Assembly (NCBI GenBank): GCA_963666275.2
Contig: CAXXOA010000001.1
Location: 2,176,001 to 2,240,000, forward strand
DNA length: 64,000 bases
Reading direction: 5' to 3'
Source of the DNA: Oceanispirochaeta sp.
Lineage (GTDB): Bacteria; Spirochaetota; Spirochaetia; DSM-2461
Shown here: positions 29,184 through 39,452 of the stretch, one piece after another
Layout of the letters: every line of letters starts with the position of its first letter
How positions within the stretch are numbered: position 1 is the stretch's first letter
Translations under genes and position numbers: made by a program
Notes under the pieces: generated by a model
Told to the model about the DNA's origin: nothing
The model's input: the letters and a program-made list of their open reading frames with translations, nothing else
Databases searched by the model: none

Positions 29184-30713
29184 TTATAATTTCTGATAAA
29201 TCCAGATACGACCAAAGTTATCCCGCCCCTCGTCTTCCATGGAAAACGTCACAGAAAGGGAATACTTGTCTATATAGTCTTCATGAAACTTAACACTGAG
29301 ATTTCTCCAGCGGTGCCGGGAATCCGGAGTATCCACATTCAGTGTTTTACTGGTAGAACCGATATCGACTTTCACACGGTAATTACCATGGATAATATCA
29401 GACCGGCGTATTATCAGGAGTTCCCGTTTTTTAATGATATTTTTGATATTGAAACGGACAGAACCGCCCAGGTACCTTTTCACTGTATCCCTGACAATCT
29501 GCCCGTCCGGATAGGTCAGAGAAATATTGGTAGTCTGAACATCCACTGTGTCAAGGAATTCCAGTTTATGCGACTCCATGCTCTCTTTGTCTCTGGAATC
29601 GATAAAATCCACCAGAGTATACCGTTCGTCCTCCAGAAGGAGGATTCTTGATAGTTCTTCACTCATAAGAGACAGGTCAGAACCTGTGATTTTTCTGGTT
29701 ATAAAGAGTTTCTGATACCCCTCGTTTACCTTCTCTATGCACTTCAAGATGGCATCCAGAGTCTCATAGGTCTGATCAAAGGATTTAATCCTGTCCCCCA
29801 TTTCAAACACATTCCTCTTGACGATTTCAAAGTTTTCCGTTGTGGATATCGTCCTTTTCCCCCTGGTTCTCTCATCCTCAAGTATTTCCTGAACGATCTG
29901 ATTATTTATGTCAAAGAGGGGGTAGATAATGTTGACAATGTCTTCAAAGCTCACATCCCCGCACTGAAGAAGCATTCTGGCTGTAAGGGAGATTGTCTGG
30001 AGTTCCCTGAAACCCGGTAGAGCCAGCATATCGTAAGCAACCTGGGAAACATTCCTGGATTTATTCAGAAGTTTTATGAGAAAATCCTTCAGATAGGGGG
30101 ATAAACCGCTTTTATGAACCCTGGCCCAGGGAACAAAGCGGAAATCCAGAGCATTCGGTCCGGGATTGGCAAAATCCTCCGCATCATGGATAGCCGCGAT
30201 CTCTCCGTCCTCCCCTTCCTGAAGAGACACTCTGGCAAGCTCAATCAGACCGCCTTTGGCATCAAGGGTGTTGACAATTTCAAGCTTGGCGGTTTCCACT
30301 TTGCTCATATACCCCTGATAATCGGGATTTTCATCGTTCTGAAAAAAGTCCTCCATCATTTCATGGAAACGGACAGTTATATATACTGTTGCCGGAAGTT
30401 TGTATTTCCGGATATCCAGGGTCAGAGCCTGTGGCTCATAAAGGAAGATCGCCCGCCCCTGGCAGTCTATTGCCGCCCCGGGATGAACGATCAGCGCCAC
30501 CACCCCTCCGGATCCTTTCAGTCTCTGGACGGAGAAATTCTCCAGAACCCCCGGCACCACACCGCTTCCGTGAAAAATGGCATTGTAAAATGCCTCTTTT
30601 TTAAAATGGTAGTCCTGAATACTGTTCCAGAAACGGGGCGACGCCATCAGTCCGTTAAAAAAATTGGCTCTTTTAAACTGGCTGACCTCTCCGATAATCT
30701 TATTGTCATTCAT
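29184..30713 (-). CDS. CIS baseplate/fibre-associated protein
   Basis: N-terminus KRANFFNG...QDYH...FHGSGVVPG...VHPGAAIDCQGR typical of eCIS fibre/baseplate-attachment domains. Confidence 0.55.
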   Translation of the reverse strand: MNDNKIIGEVSQFKRANFFNGLMASPRFWNSIQDYHFKKEAFYNAIFHGSGVVPGVLENFSVQRLKGSGGVVALIVHPGAAIDCQGRAIFLYEPQALTLDIRKYKLPATVYITVRFHEMMEDFFQNDENPDYQGYMSKVETAKLEIVNTLDAKGGLIELARVSLQEGEDGEIAAIHDAEDFANPGPNALDFRFVPWARVHKSGLSPYLKDFLIKLLNKSRNVSQVAYDMLALPGFRELQTISLTARMLLQCGDVSFEDIVNIIYPLFDINNQIVQEILEDERTRGKRTISTTENFEIVKRNVFEMGDRIKSFDQTYETLDAILKCIEKVNEGYQKLFITRKITGSDLSLMSEELSRILLLEDERYTLVDFIDSRDKESMESHKLEFLDTVDVQTTNISLTYPDGQIVRDTVKRYLGGSVRFNIKNIIKKRELLIIRRSDIIHGNYRVKVDIGSTSKTLNVDTPDSRHRWRNLSVKFHEDYIDKYSLSVTFSMEDEGRDNFGRIWIYQKL

Positions 30714-30723
30714 CTCAACATCC

Positions 30724-31500
30724 TCAAAACATGATCTGATCATCGCCGATCAGGATTCCCTTCTGTTTTTTTCTTTCCGTTTTTTCAAAAGTGATGTAAT
30801 ACATGGAATGGACAGGCTTTTCCTGCTCAACAATCGTGGCGATTCGGCTCTTTTCCGCCTGATTGAATTCCTGGATTCCTATGGGAAAATGGACTGTAAA
30901 ATAGGGAACGGAACTGTCCGTATGGTTTCTGATAACATCATTGACACTCCGTTCTCCCAGCACAACAAAATCCCTCTGGGGGAATGTATTTTCAAAAATC
31001 TCCGGTTCCAGACCGGTTATGATCTTTAAATACATGGAAAGGCCCCGGGAAGTCCCTCTCCATTGAAAAAGGCTGAGTCCCTTTTGCAGCAGAGCACGGA
31101 TGGTATCGTCACTGTATCCGGTTTTGCCGGGATCCATTCCAAACCAGCCTGCCATCCAGTATAAAAAGGGGACCGGTGCCTCTTCAGGTATAAAATAGGT
31201 ATGGAGGGAATCCATAATCTGAATCTGTTCATACTGCATATGCTGAAAAATCCACAGGAAATTGCTCAGAAAGGGATTTTCCTGGTAGAGAGAAGGCAGA
31301 TAATCCACGGGATTCTTTCCGGAAAGGAGCAGCTGATATTCCCTGGTGCCGTCGGCAAGGGGTCTGGTACTGACATCAATGACTGTAAACCGCGGCTTTC
31401 CCGAGCTGCGGTAGAAGTACTGTCCCACATGGCCTCCGGACCTTTTGATAAGACCGGCGGCATTTCTGAAATTTAAACCGATGAGTTCCCGGGGATTCAA
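30724..31500 (-). CDS. Baseplate wedge/phage tail protein (P2 gpI-like) with PASTA-like N-terminus
   Basis: YLPSLYQ, APVPFLYWMAGW, WRGTSRGL, EKPVH; start set at TTG 31500 to avoid overlap with DUF1257. Confidence 0.8.
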   Translation of the reverse strand: MNPRELIGLNFRNAAGLIKRSGGHVGQYFYRSSGKPRFTVIDVSTRPLADGTREYQLLLSGKNPVDYLPSLYQENPFLSNFLWIFQHMQYEQIQIMDSLHTYFIPEEAPVPFLYWMAGWFGMDPGKTGYSDDTIRALLQKGLSLFQWRGTSRGLSMYLKIITGLEPEIFENTFPQRDFVVLGERSVNDVIRNHTDSSVPYFTVHFPIGIQEFNQAEKSRIATIVEQEKPVHSMYYITFEKTERKKQKGILIGDDQIMF

Positions 31501-31510
31501 TTTCGGTGTT

Positions 31511-31912
31511 TCAAACCCAGCGTCTGAGGACAATGTGCAAACTCTCCTTACTATCCTGTTCTTCCGATACAATCGAGTATCCCCCTTCCCTGACCTTATC
31601 CAGGACAGTTTCATAGGCATACTGTTTCTGGATTTCTGTTAAAAAATCCGTTTGATTCTTCTCTGTATAGGTTTCAACGCCCCACCAGTCTGCCGAGAGT
31701 TCCAGGCCCTGATCACTGACATGGACGGCTATGCCGTAGGGCCCCTCCAGGCAGATTTCCATATCCGCTTCAATTTCCTCCCCGTTCCAGCCGTTCACAA
31801 CCAGGGAGGAATTTTCCTCTGCGCAGCGGTATTCATAACCCAGGGCTTTCAAAGCTTTCTGCAGGATTCCCAGTTCCTTCAGTTTTGTTTCTACTTTCGT
31901 TATATGAGACAT
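31511..31912 (-). CDS. DUF1257 (Ycf35-like) protein
   Basis: MSHITKVETKLK...LKALG, ADWWG, QKQYAY, IVLRRW. Confidence 0.85.
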   Translation of the reverse strand: MSHITKVETKLKELGILQKALKALGYEYRCAEENSSLVVNGWNGEEIEADMEICLEGPYGIAVHVSDQGLELSADWWGVETYTEKNQTDFLTEIQKQYAYETVLDKVREGGYSIVSEEQDSKESLHIVLRRWV

Positions 31913-31922
31913 ACCTGACTCC

Positions 31923-32429
31923 TTATCGAATTTGAATCCGGACCAGAGAGGAACGGTCTATGATGTAGTTCAATGTTTCTATTTCGGCCTTGAAAATATC
32001 TCCGTATTTTTCAAGGATAACAAAATCGCCCGCCTTTTCAGTAAACTGGGTATCAGAGTATATCTCTCCTTTCATTCCCGCATCGATCTGATAGGATTCG
32101 GGAAGATTCAGGAGTTCCTCTTCCGAAACCTGCAGCTCCGTTTCCGGGATTTCCCCGATAACCAGTTCATCATTGAATTTCAGATACAGGAAAGACTGCA
32201 CTCCCTGCAGAACCTCCACTTCCATCACCCGCCCCTGAACATACAGGGGAACAACAGGCAACGGAGCCTCTTCAATGACTTCCTCTACAACCTGAACTGC
32301 CGGAGGCGGAAAGAGAGCCTCCAGAACAAGAGGATCCTCGGGCTGCTCCTGAGGTTCTGCAGTTCTGCAGGACAGGAGACCTCCCAGGACAAAGAGCAGG
32401 AGAAAACTATTCAAATATCTTTTCTGCAT
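31923..32429 (-). CDS. Lipoprotein within the CIS operon
   Basis: Lipobox GLLSC, Pro-rich linker, beta-rich C-terminal domain. Confidence 0.75.
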   Translation of the reverse strand: MQKRYLNSFLLLFVLGGLLSCRTAEPQEQPEDPLVLEALFPPPAVQVVEEVIEEAPLPVVPLYVQGRVMEVEVLQGVQSFLYLKFNDELVIGEIPETELQVSEEELLNLPESYQIDAGMKGEIYSDTQFTEKAGDFVILEKYGDIFKAEIETLNYIIDRSSLVRIQIR

Positions 32430-33732
32430 AGAGAATATCCTTTTCCAGGTAGGTATCGACGGTCCTTCCGTCAGGCCCGACTAACAGAGCGGTATTGTAG
32501 GAAGAGAGATCCGGCAGATACAGTTCCCTGACCACTTCAGACTTTTGAAAGAGATTTTTATCTTCCGATTCATGCCATTCATCCGAAACAATAAGAAATC
32601 TGTTTAAACCGACCTGGCCGGGAATAGAATGAATCATTCCCCAGGGCCCCTGATAACCCGATGCGGTATATATCCTGTCGCCTGTCAGGGGGAAGTCCGT
32701 ATCCAGCATAACGATCCTTTTCCGGGCTTCATCCGACAGGACCGTATTCAGGATAAACGGCAGAGACCGATCAATAACATCAGATACATCTTCCGCCTTC
32801 AACCCGGAAAAGGGGATGTCGTAGGAGGCCAGAATTTCTCTCCTTCGGTAATCGAATATCTGAAGTCTCAAAACGCTGAGCCGCTGAGAAATACGGATTT
32901 CCCCCTTCAGCCCCCACTGACAGGTTGCCCTTGAGGAAACATCCGCTCTTGTTTTTGATTTCAAATCATGGATCAGAACCGGGAAAAAACCGGAAAGGTG
33001 GAGTCTCATTCCCATCCATTGGGAAACAATGTCCTCATCGGCTCTGAAATCTGCCCCGTCAAGGGTCATGAATGGCAGCTCTGTGAAAGAGAACTCCCCA
33101 TTCTGGATCTCATAGTACTGATAAAACTTTACCGGAAAGGGCTCAACATAGATTGTACTGGTCTGATGGGGTTCCTGTTTTTGCTCCAACCGGTACTGGA
33201 TTTCATTCAGAATATCCGGCAGAAGGAATTCCCACTCGCTGCTAAGATTATCCAGAATTCTATAACTGTAGATAACATCCTCGATAGTGTTACGGGGATA
33301 GACTGCCACCATGAGAAAGTACTTATCCGCAAACCGGGAGATGTTGACAGTAGAAAAATAATCCAGAGGGAAGCGGTCTTTTCTGATTCTGTATCCGATT
33401 TCAAGAATATCCCGGGGACCGGTGTTGGGATATTCCTGTGCCAGCCACTCATTCAGACTGTAGGGTTTAAACAGGTTCTGCCTGACATACGCCTTTGCCA
33501 GATCTCCATAGATTCTGTCTGAAACCTCCGGGGGAATATCTCCCTGGACTTCGGGAAGGAAGAGTCCTATGGAAGGGACGGTTTCCTCCTGGGCGTCATA
33601 GAGCTCCTGTACCGCAGGAACGGCCTCCTCCTGAACAGGCTCTTCTGACGATTCAAAGATTCCGGAAGCACTGAGAGGCAATAAGGGAAAAAGGATGAGA
33701 AGGAATATTTGAAAAATATTTTTTTTCTGCAT
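32407..33732 (-). CDS. Exported protein within the CIS operon
   Basis: Signal peptide MQKKNIFQIFLLILFPLLPLSA. Confidence 0.7.
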   Translation of the reverse strand: MQKKNIFQIFLLILFPLLPLSASGIFESSEEPVQEEAVPAVQELYDAQEETVPSIGLFLPEVQGDIPPEVSDRIYGDLAKAYVRQNLFKPYSLNEWLAQEYPNTGPRDILEIGYRIRKDRFPLDYFSTVNISRFADKYFLMVAVYPRNTIEDVIYSYRILDNLSSEWEFLLPDILNEIQYRLEQKQEPHQTSTIYVEPFPVKFYQYYEIQNGEFSFTELPFMTLDGADFRADEDIVSQWMGMRLHLSGFFPVLIHDLKSKTRADVSSRATCQWGLKGEIRISQRLSVLRLQIFDYRRREILASYDIPFSGLKAEDVSDVIDRSLPFILNTVLSDEARKRIVMLDTDFPLTGDRIYTASGYQGPWGMIHSIPGQVGLNRFLIVSDEWHESEDKNLFQKSEVVRELYLPDLSSYNTALLVGPDGRTVDTYLEKDILYAEKIFE

Positions 33733-33783
33733 TTTTAAACAGGAAAGGGGATTACCCGGGATTGAATCACCCCGGGTAAACAC

Positions 33784-34212
33784 CTATTTCCATTCTCCGT
33801 CTTCATAGACGATAGAAATGGTTTCCGTCATAGATCCCACTTCCTGACTGTTCAAGTCGGACATGGTCCATCCGCAGGGAACACATTCAAACAGGTTCCG
33901 TCTTGTAATTTCGCTCTGTCCGTCCCGGTCTACCAGAACAATAGAGACCGCTTTCCTTTCGGGAATCCCTCTTTCCACTGTTTTCCACCAATCCCGCAAT
34001 ACAGTATCTTTGGGATCGCAGTTTCGTGAAAAAGAGACCACATCGTACTTCACTTTTCCCGGGATTTTCCTGGCATTTCTATCGACCCCACCGATATCAT
34101 CAGTGATTTCGGCCGTAGCGCCCAGACCTGTTACAGAGGTAAAGTTACCATAATCCACACCGTCAATTTCGACTTTGAAATTGGTCTTCATCGTTGGTAC
34201 ATAATCAGCCAT
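33784..34212 (-). CDS. Tail tube protein 1 (T4 gp19-like)
   Basis: NFKVEIDG..F..VTGL, KIPGKVKY, RKAVSIVL, ECVPCGW. Confidence 0.9.
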   Translation of the reverse strand: MADYVPTMKTNFKVEIDGVDYGNFTSVTGLGATAEITDDIGGVDRNARKIPGKVKYDVVSFSRNCDPKDTVLRDWWKTVERGIPERKAVSIVLVDRDGQSEITRRNLFECVPCGWTMSDLNSQEVGSMTETISIVYEDGEWK

Positions 34213-34235
34213 CTTTCTTCTCCTTCTTAAAAGAT

Positions 34236-35459
34236 TTATTCAGACAATGTCTTTTGCGAAACGCGGAATACGACAAATTCGGCCGGTTTGGCCGGCGCAA
34301 TTCCCACTTCACAAACAACATAACCTGCATCAATGGATTCCGGAGGATTCAGTTCATCATCACAGCGGACAAAAAATGCCTCCTCGGGAGAATCGCCAAA
34401 CAGAGCCCCTTCTTTCCAGAGGCGCAAACAGAATGCCGTGAGATTCCTGACAATCTGCTTCCACAGGGACCGGGTATTCGGTTCGAACACCACCCAGTTG
34501 GTGCCGTCCTGTATAGCTTTTTCAACCATACAGAAAAGACGACGGATGTTAATGTATTTCCATTCCGGGTCGGAACTGAAAGTCCTGGCTCCCCAGACAC
34601 GGATGCCTCTACCGTCAAACTCTCTGATGCAGTTGATCCCTTTGGGATTCAGCAGTTCCTGCTCTGCATCGGTCAGATTGTATTTCAGCCCGGTAGCTCC
34701 CCGGAAAATTTCGTTGGCAGGAGCTTTGAAAACTCCTCTGGTGCTGTCTACCCGGCCGTACACGCCGGCAATACCACCGCAGGGTGGGGCATAGACATCC
34801 GTATCATTATCGGGATCGTACATTTTTACCCAGGGAAAGTAATAGGCTCCCATGGTAGAATCCCGTGGCATGGGCATGGTATCTATCCCCTTTTCCAGAG
34901 TTTCCGGTGCATCCAGGACGGCAACCCGAAATCTGTTTTTTTCACAGTGGGACAGGATGGCGTCCTGAGCCGCCGGTTCGGTAACGCCGGGAGCACAGAC
35001 TATGGAAATATCACCGATTTCATCAAAAGCACAGAGGCCGGACCTTTTTCCCGGTCCTTCATCTTTTCCTATGATCAATTTGGTAATCCCATCGGGATTC
35101 TTTACTATAAATGGTTCTTCCACTGTTTCAGGTTTTGCCTTGGCGTCCTTGGTCTGATCCTTCTCACTCTCTTTACCAGCCGCTTTCTGTGCGGGTATTT
35201 CCATCAGATTGTTGATATAGCACTTGGTGCCGCCATTCTGAAAGAACTGATATACCGAATGAGAGAGCCATCCGTTTTTGTGCATACCGCCGAAGGTTTT
35301 AGTATATTGCGTCCAGTTGGTAACGAGGGTGGCTTCATTAACAGGCCCTTTTTCTGCAACTCCAAGAAAACCCACCACATTGGTAGCACCGGCTTCCAGA
35401 GGTTTCGATCCGCTGGAAACTTCTTCAACATATACACCGGGTGTCAAATACTGTGGCAT
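34236..35459 (-). CDS. Tail sheath protein 1
   Basis: YLTPGVYVEEVSSG, RGVFKAPANE, VWGARTF, WVVFEPN, KPAEFVVFR. Confidence 0.95.
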   Translation of the reverse strand: MPQYLTPGVYVEEVSSGSKPLEAGATNVVGFLGVAEKGPVNEATLVTNWTQYTKTFGGMHKNGWLSHSVYQFFQNGGTKCYINNLMEIPAQKAAGKESEKDQTKDAKAKPETVEEPFIVKNPDGITKLIIGKDEGPGKRSGLCAFDEIGDISIVCAPGVTEPAAQDAILSHCEKNRFRVAVLDAPETLEKGIDTMPMPRDSTMGAYYFPWVKMYDPDNDTDVYAPPCGGIAGVYGRVDSTRGVFKAPANEIFRGATGLKYNLTDAEQELLNPKGINCIREFDGRGIRVWGARTFSSDPEWKYINIRRLFCMVEKAIQDGTNWVVFEPNTRSLWKQIVRNLTAFCLRLWKEGALFGDSPEEAFFVRCDDELNPPESIDAGYVVCEVGIAPAKPAEFVVFRVSQKTLSE

Positions 35460-35486
35460 AATCCGATTTCTCCTTCCTCAATTTCT

Positions 35487-36038
35487 TTATTTTTTTACAG
35501 CAGAAAACTGCCGTTGTATGACTCTCACCACCCGCTCTTCCTGAGACGAGTTTATTCCCAGCTGTATACACAGATCCCAGCGGTAGGGTTGAAAAGGCTC
35601 CAATTCCCCGGGAAGAGGATAGGAGGCATCAGAATCAAGAAGGTTCATCATGGCTTTTCCCGATTCATTGCCGTACCAGTTGTAGTCTCCCAGAGTAAAA
35701 AAGGGATTATCCTCCACACTCCGATGGATACGGGCGGAAACATCCAGTGCCCTGATGGCTGATTTAAAAGCCGGAACCAGGGCAACCCTCAGGTCCACCA
35801 TCCGGGGAACGGGAACCTGAACTTCTACAGAACTGTCCGGGGATTTCCCGCCGGGTTTTACGATTCTCAGAGTTTCATTTCTATTTCTGCCGTGTCCCTG
35901 TTTGATATCCAGAAGGACAATGACAATTTCCTCCCGGTATTTGCCTTCCCATAGAGAGACGGGGATTCGGGGAAACCATGAGACAAGAGCCTCCCGGATC
36001 TGATTCAGTGAATAACTGAGAACTGCAGCCTGATCCAT
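35487..36038 (-). CDS. Pvc16/DUF4255-like tail terminator (putative)
   Basis: Size and position upstream of the sheath gene; weak motif resemblance. Confidence 0.45.
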   Translation of the reverse strand: MDQAAVLSYSLNQIREALVSWFPRIPVSLWEGKYREEIVIVLLDIKQGHGRNRNETLRIVKPGGKSPDSSVEVQVPVPRMVDLRVALVPAFKSAIRALDVSARIHRSVEDNPFFTLGDYNWYGNESGKAMMNLLDSDASYPLPGELEPFQPYRWDLCIQLGINSSQEERVVRVIQRQFSAVKK

Positions 36039-39000
36039 CAGTATTCGGACCTCCTGTCTTCAATGACAAGTCCTTCAAGATAGAGGAGCTCATCGGGCCG
36101 GATAGAGATTTTATCCTGTTCCAGACCTGTTGATTCGTCAAAAAGCCTGATGTCCTCGACATGATGGATGGAGGAAATACGATCCAGAGTTCTCTGGATA
36201 AACTCTTTCTGAAGGGAAGCGCCGAACTCCCAGCCGTTTCCATCGTTTCCGCCTACAAGCGGATGCAGAACCTGTGCAATCGCGCTGTTTATCTGATCTT
36301 TTGCCGAACGGGCTTCTATGACCTCTTTTCGGAAAACCAGCTTCAGACGAATTTTGACGGACCGATACAAAGGGCCTGAAACCTGCAGTTTTGTCCCCAC
36401 CAGTTTCCTGACAGACAAATACTCTTTTACCCTGCGCAGCAGTTCCGAAGAAGGATAGAGCTTCTCTTTCAGATCGATAGATTCTCTTCCCGGCAAAATG
36501 ATCACGACCACCTCTCCCCGGCTGTTGACTTTGGGCAGACAGATGGAACGGCCCACCGACGAAGAGGCTTCATAGGAGAGCCAGGCAAAGTCCTCGGATG
36601 TGACAGCCCGGTTCCGGCTCCGGAATATTCCGGAAGCCCTTTTTTTAAGGTTTTCCAGTGATTCCAGGTCTGCTCCGCCCATGGCGGGCAGAGGGTTTTC
36701 CACACCCGCAAGGAAAGGAAGGCTCTCCCGGAGGACTTTAACCTGGCCTGCTCCGATATTTCCCCTGACTCCGCCACCGGCAGAGCACTGCCGTATAACG
36801 ATATTATTCTTTCCCCTGGGGGGAATAACGCCTTTTTTTCCATCTCCGAAGAGGATTTTGTTCTTTTGATAGTCCAGGACATAATGCCGGGAAACCGCCG
36901 TGGATTCATGAAAGTGCGGAACCTGATGGTAAGTTACCCAGACTTCCTCTTTTCCTGATCCGGTCTGTTCTTTTCGAACAGCTCCGGGACCTTCTTCCTG
37001 TTCTATGAGGCTCCGTTCGTTTTCGGGAGGATAGACATCCTCCCTTACCTCGATCACAATTCCCGGAAGAATTGGATAGCGGACCAGATCATACTCCTGC
37101 AGAGGCGATCCGCTGCCGGATCCCAGCTTTTCATTATAGAATGTCTGCTTGTTGGATCCGTAAACCGAATTCAGATGCACATTTTTTATGACAGGCATGG
37201 ATTCAAAACTGCCGTTTTCGAATACGACCCGCATCCAGCAGAGACTCTGTCCATACTGCTCTTCCTGTTTCCAGTCGACGGGGATCTGAAACTCAATGAA
37301 TCCTGATCTGTGAAATGAGTCGGTAAAATCGTTAACATTCAGCTTTTCCCAGGTATTATCCCGGCGGTACTCCCATCGAAGAGTGATCTGCCTGTTTTTC
37401 CTGTGAACCAGGTCTTCCCTGTAAAAATCCTGCCTGTCTTTTTCATCCAGTTCGAAAAAAAGAGAGGATTCTCCCGCAGGCAGTGGGTGTTCAAATCCGA
37501 AACCCGTGGCCGGTGCGCTTTCATCATTCACCGTGATTAATGTCACAGGATCTGTGGGTTCCTGCTTTTCTGCGGCTTCAAAATTTTTTCGTATTTCACG
37601 GGTGTGATCACTGTAGGCGAAATCCGAATATACCTTCAGATTCTCTACTGACCGGAACCCTGAATCATAGCTCAAACGCAAGCGGGAAACCACAGGAGGA
37701 ACAATCTTTTCAGAAAAATACCAGTTCCATTTGCCATCAGGACTCTGGGAGTATCCGCCCCCTTTGCCCAGATCCTCTACAGAAATTCTTACCCGGATCC
37801 AGGTGGACAGGACTCCGTTGACCTCTTTTTCCCGGATATCATCGGGACAGAGAAAAGAGATCACTCCGGACTCGCAAAATGCCTTTGTTCCATCCCGAAA
37901 AGAATAACTGCCGCTGGCATACGCCTCTTCTCCGGGGGTTGATACTCCCAGGATCATCCAGTCCTTTCCGTTCCAGTATTCATAACGCATGGAGAGAGAG
38001 TCTCCCGGAAAAGACGGGCTGACAGCTTCATTCAGAAGGACATTGATCTGAATTTTCGCTCCCTTCTTAGAAAAGACCTCATGGGATGAAAGATAGAAGA
38101 TATCATTCACAACAGGAGCTTCCTGAAAAGGCTTGAAATCCTTGTTCAGATCTAATGGGATAAAAGTTACAGAGTTGAAAAGACAGCTGTCCGGTGCCAG
38201 TCCGTCTCCGGAAAAGATAAGCTTTGTTACCATACCATGGCAGTCAAAACAGCTTTTTTCCCGCGGCATCTCGTCAAGACAGGCGCGGATATAAAACCCT
38301 TCCTGCCCGTCTATCTCTCTGGATGCAATGTTCAAGGGCCCGCTGAAATAGACTGTATTCTCTTTTCGTCTCTCCCCTTTATGAAAATAGGCGGGCTCAA
38401 CGGGCTGCCAGCGTTCGCCGTCCCAGAGAGACCAGCTGAAAAAGCGGATCAATTCACTGGCTGCTGAAGCAACCTCTCCTGCCTGTTTCATCTGTAGACA
38501 GACCAGATTGGATTCCTGGAGGAACTGAAAATCTGCCGACTGTATATACAGGTACCGGCTCACTTCATCCGAAGCCCGGAAGAGGGGGAACCCTTCCCCC
38601 TGGTGGTGAAGAGGTTCTGTAAAATCACTGATTCTGGATTGAAAAGAACTTATACAGGAGACAATCCGGTTTTCCCGGATCCCTATCCTTTTGTCTGTTT
38701 CAAACGATATGGCCTGATCGCCGTCATTCCGTCCAGTAGAGACACGAAAGCCTTTTTTGATATCCAGAAGCCCCTCGTATCCGGCTGTGGGCTTGAAGGT
38801 TAGAAGAACCCTTGAAGCCTGGGGAGAGGATAGAGAGAGCCCCATAAGATCAAGAAGAGCCAGATAGGTCTTTTCGGGAACTTTGTTTAAACGGAACAGA
38901 ACCATTTCTGTCATCCATGAGAAGAGTTCGACCAGGGTGACGCCGGGATCCGAAGGATTGTGGTTCGTCCATTCAGGGGTATAATGGGGAATCAAAGAGA

Positions 39001-39058
39001 GAGCTTCTTCGCGGATCTCTTTATATGTTTTATCATCCAAATTGGGACTGGGTATCAA
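36038..39058 (-). CDS. Baseplate J-like protein (Afp11-like)
   Basis: PNLDDKTY...YTPEWTNHNPSDPGVTLVELF, FGDGKKGVIP, GGADLESLE, RAVTSEDF. Confidence 0.92.
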   Translation of the reverse strand: MIPSPNLDDKTYKEIREEALSLIPHYTPEWTNHNPSDPGVTLVELFSWMTEMVLFRLNKVPEKTYLALLDLMGLSLSSPQASRVLLTFKPTAGYEGLLDIKKGFRVSTGRNDGDQAISFETDKRIGIRENRIVSCISSFQSRISDFTEPLHHQGEGFPLFRASDEVSRYLYIQSADFQFLQESNLVCLQMKQAGEVASAASELIRFFSWSLWDGERWQPVEPAYFHKGERRKENTVYFSGPLNIASREIDGQEGFYIRACLDEMPREKSCFDCHGMVTKLIFSGDGLAPDSCLFNSVTFIPLDLNKDFKPFQEAPVVNDIFYLSSHEVFSKKGAKIQINVLLNEAVSPSFPGDSLSMRYEYWNGKDWMILGVSTPGEEAYASGSYSFRDGTKAFCESGVISFLCPDDIREKEVNGVLSTWIRVRISVEDLGKGGGYSQSPDGKWNWYFSEKIVPPVVSRLRLSYDSGFRSVENLKVYSDFAYSDHTREIRKNFEAAEKQEPTDPVTLITVNDESAPATGFGFEHPLPAGESSLFFELDEKDRQDFYREDLVHRKNRQITLRWEYRRDNTWEKLNVNDFTDSFHRSGFIEFQIPVDWKQEEQYGQSLCWMRVVFENGSFESMPVIKNVHLNSVYGSNKQTFYNEKLGSGSGSPLQEYDLVRYPILPGIVIEVREDVYPPENERSLIEQEEGPGAVRKEQTGSGKEEVWVTYHQVPHFHESTAVSRHYVLDYQKNKILFGDGKKGVIPPRGKNNIVIRQCSAGGGVRGNIGAGQVKVLRESLPFLAGVENPLPAMGGADLESLENLKKRASGIFRSRNRAVTSEDFAWLSYEASSSVGRSICLPKVNSRGEVVVIILPGRESIDLKEKLYPSSELLRRVKEYLSVRKLVGTKLQVSGPLYRSVKIRLKLVFRKEVIEARSAKDQINSAIAQVLHPLVGGNDGNGWEFGASLQKEFIQRTLDRISSIHHVEDIRLFDESTGLEQDKISIRPDELLYLEGLVIEDRRSEY

Positions 39059-39452
39059 TTTCGCCTCGCTCCAGATAAAAAGGGTAAACCATGTTGAAAT
39101 AGGTATTGACTGACCGCAGGAGATAGCTAATTCCTACATGAAACTTTGTCTCATCTTCAGGATCCTCCCTGACTTCCACATTCTGCAGAATGATTCTATG
39201 CTCCCACTTTGTGAGGGCTTCTTCCACATAGTATTGAGCCAGAGACCTTGTCCGGGAATTGTTGGGTGCAAAAACCAGACTATTCAGATCACAGCCGAAG
39301 TCCGGCCTCATGACCCGTTCTCCTCTGGTGGTGCCCAGAATTATTTTTATAGACTCTTCCACCGATTCTTTACCAGCTATGCTTTTGATGCATCCCTGCG
39401 AGTCGATACCGAAATCTATTGAAAACCCTTTTCCCAGAAAAGAAGAATCCAT
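39033..39452 (-). CDS. gp25/GpW baseplate protein (Afp9-like)
   Basis: FLGKG, ESIKIILGTTRGERVMRPDFGC, NMVYPFYL. Confidence 0.93.
   Translation of the reverse strand: MDSSFLGKGFSIDFGIDSQGCIKSIAGKESVEESIKIILGTTRGERVMRPDFGCDLNSLVFAPNNSRTRSLAQYYVEEALTKWEHRIILQNVEVREDPEDETKFHVGISYLLRSVNTYFNMVYPFYLERGEIDTQSQFG

Noticed and set aside
34194..35762. 522-aa plus-strand ORF and other long antisense ORFs (e.g. 51140-52195, 24940-25803, 55041-55724)
   Set aside because: Shadows of well-supported genes on the opposite strand, with no recognisable motifs
16144..39452. Prophage interpretation of the tail genes
   Set aside because: No capsid, portal, terminase, integrase or replication genes; two sheaths, two tubes and DUF4157 indicate a CIS
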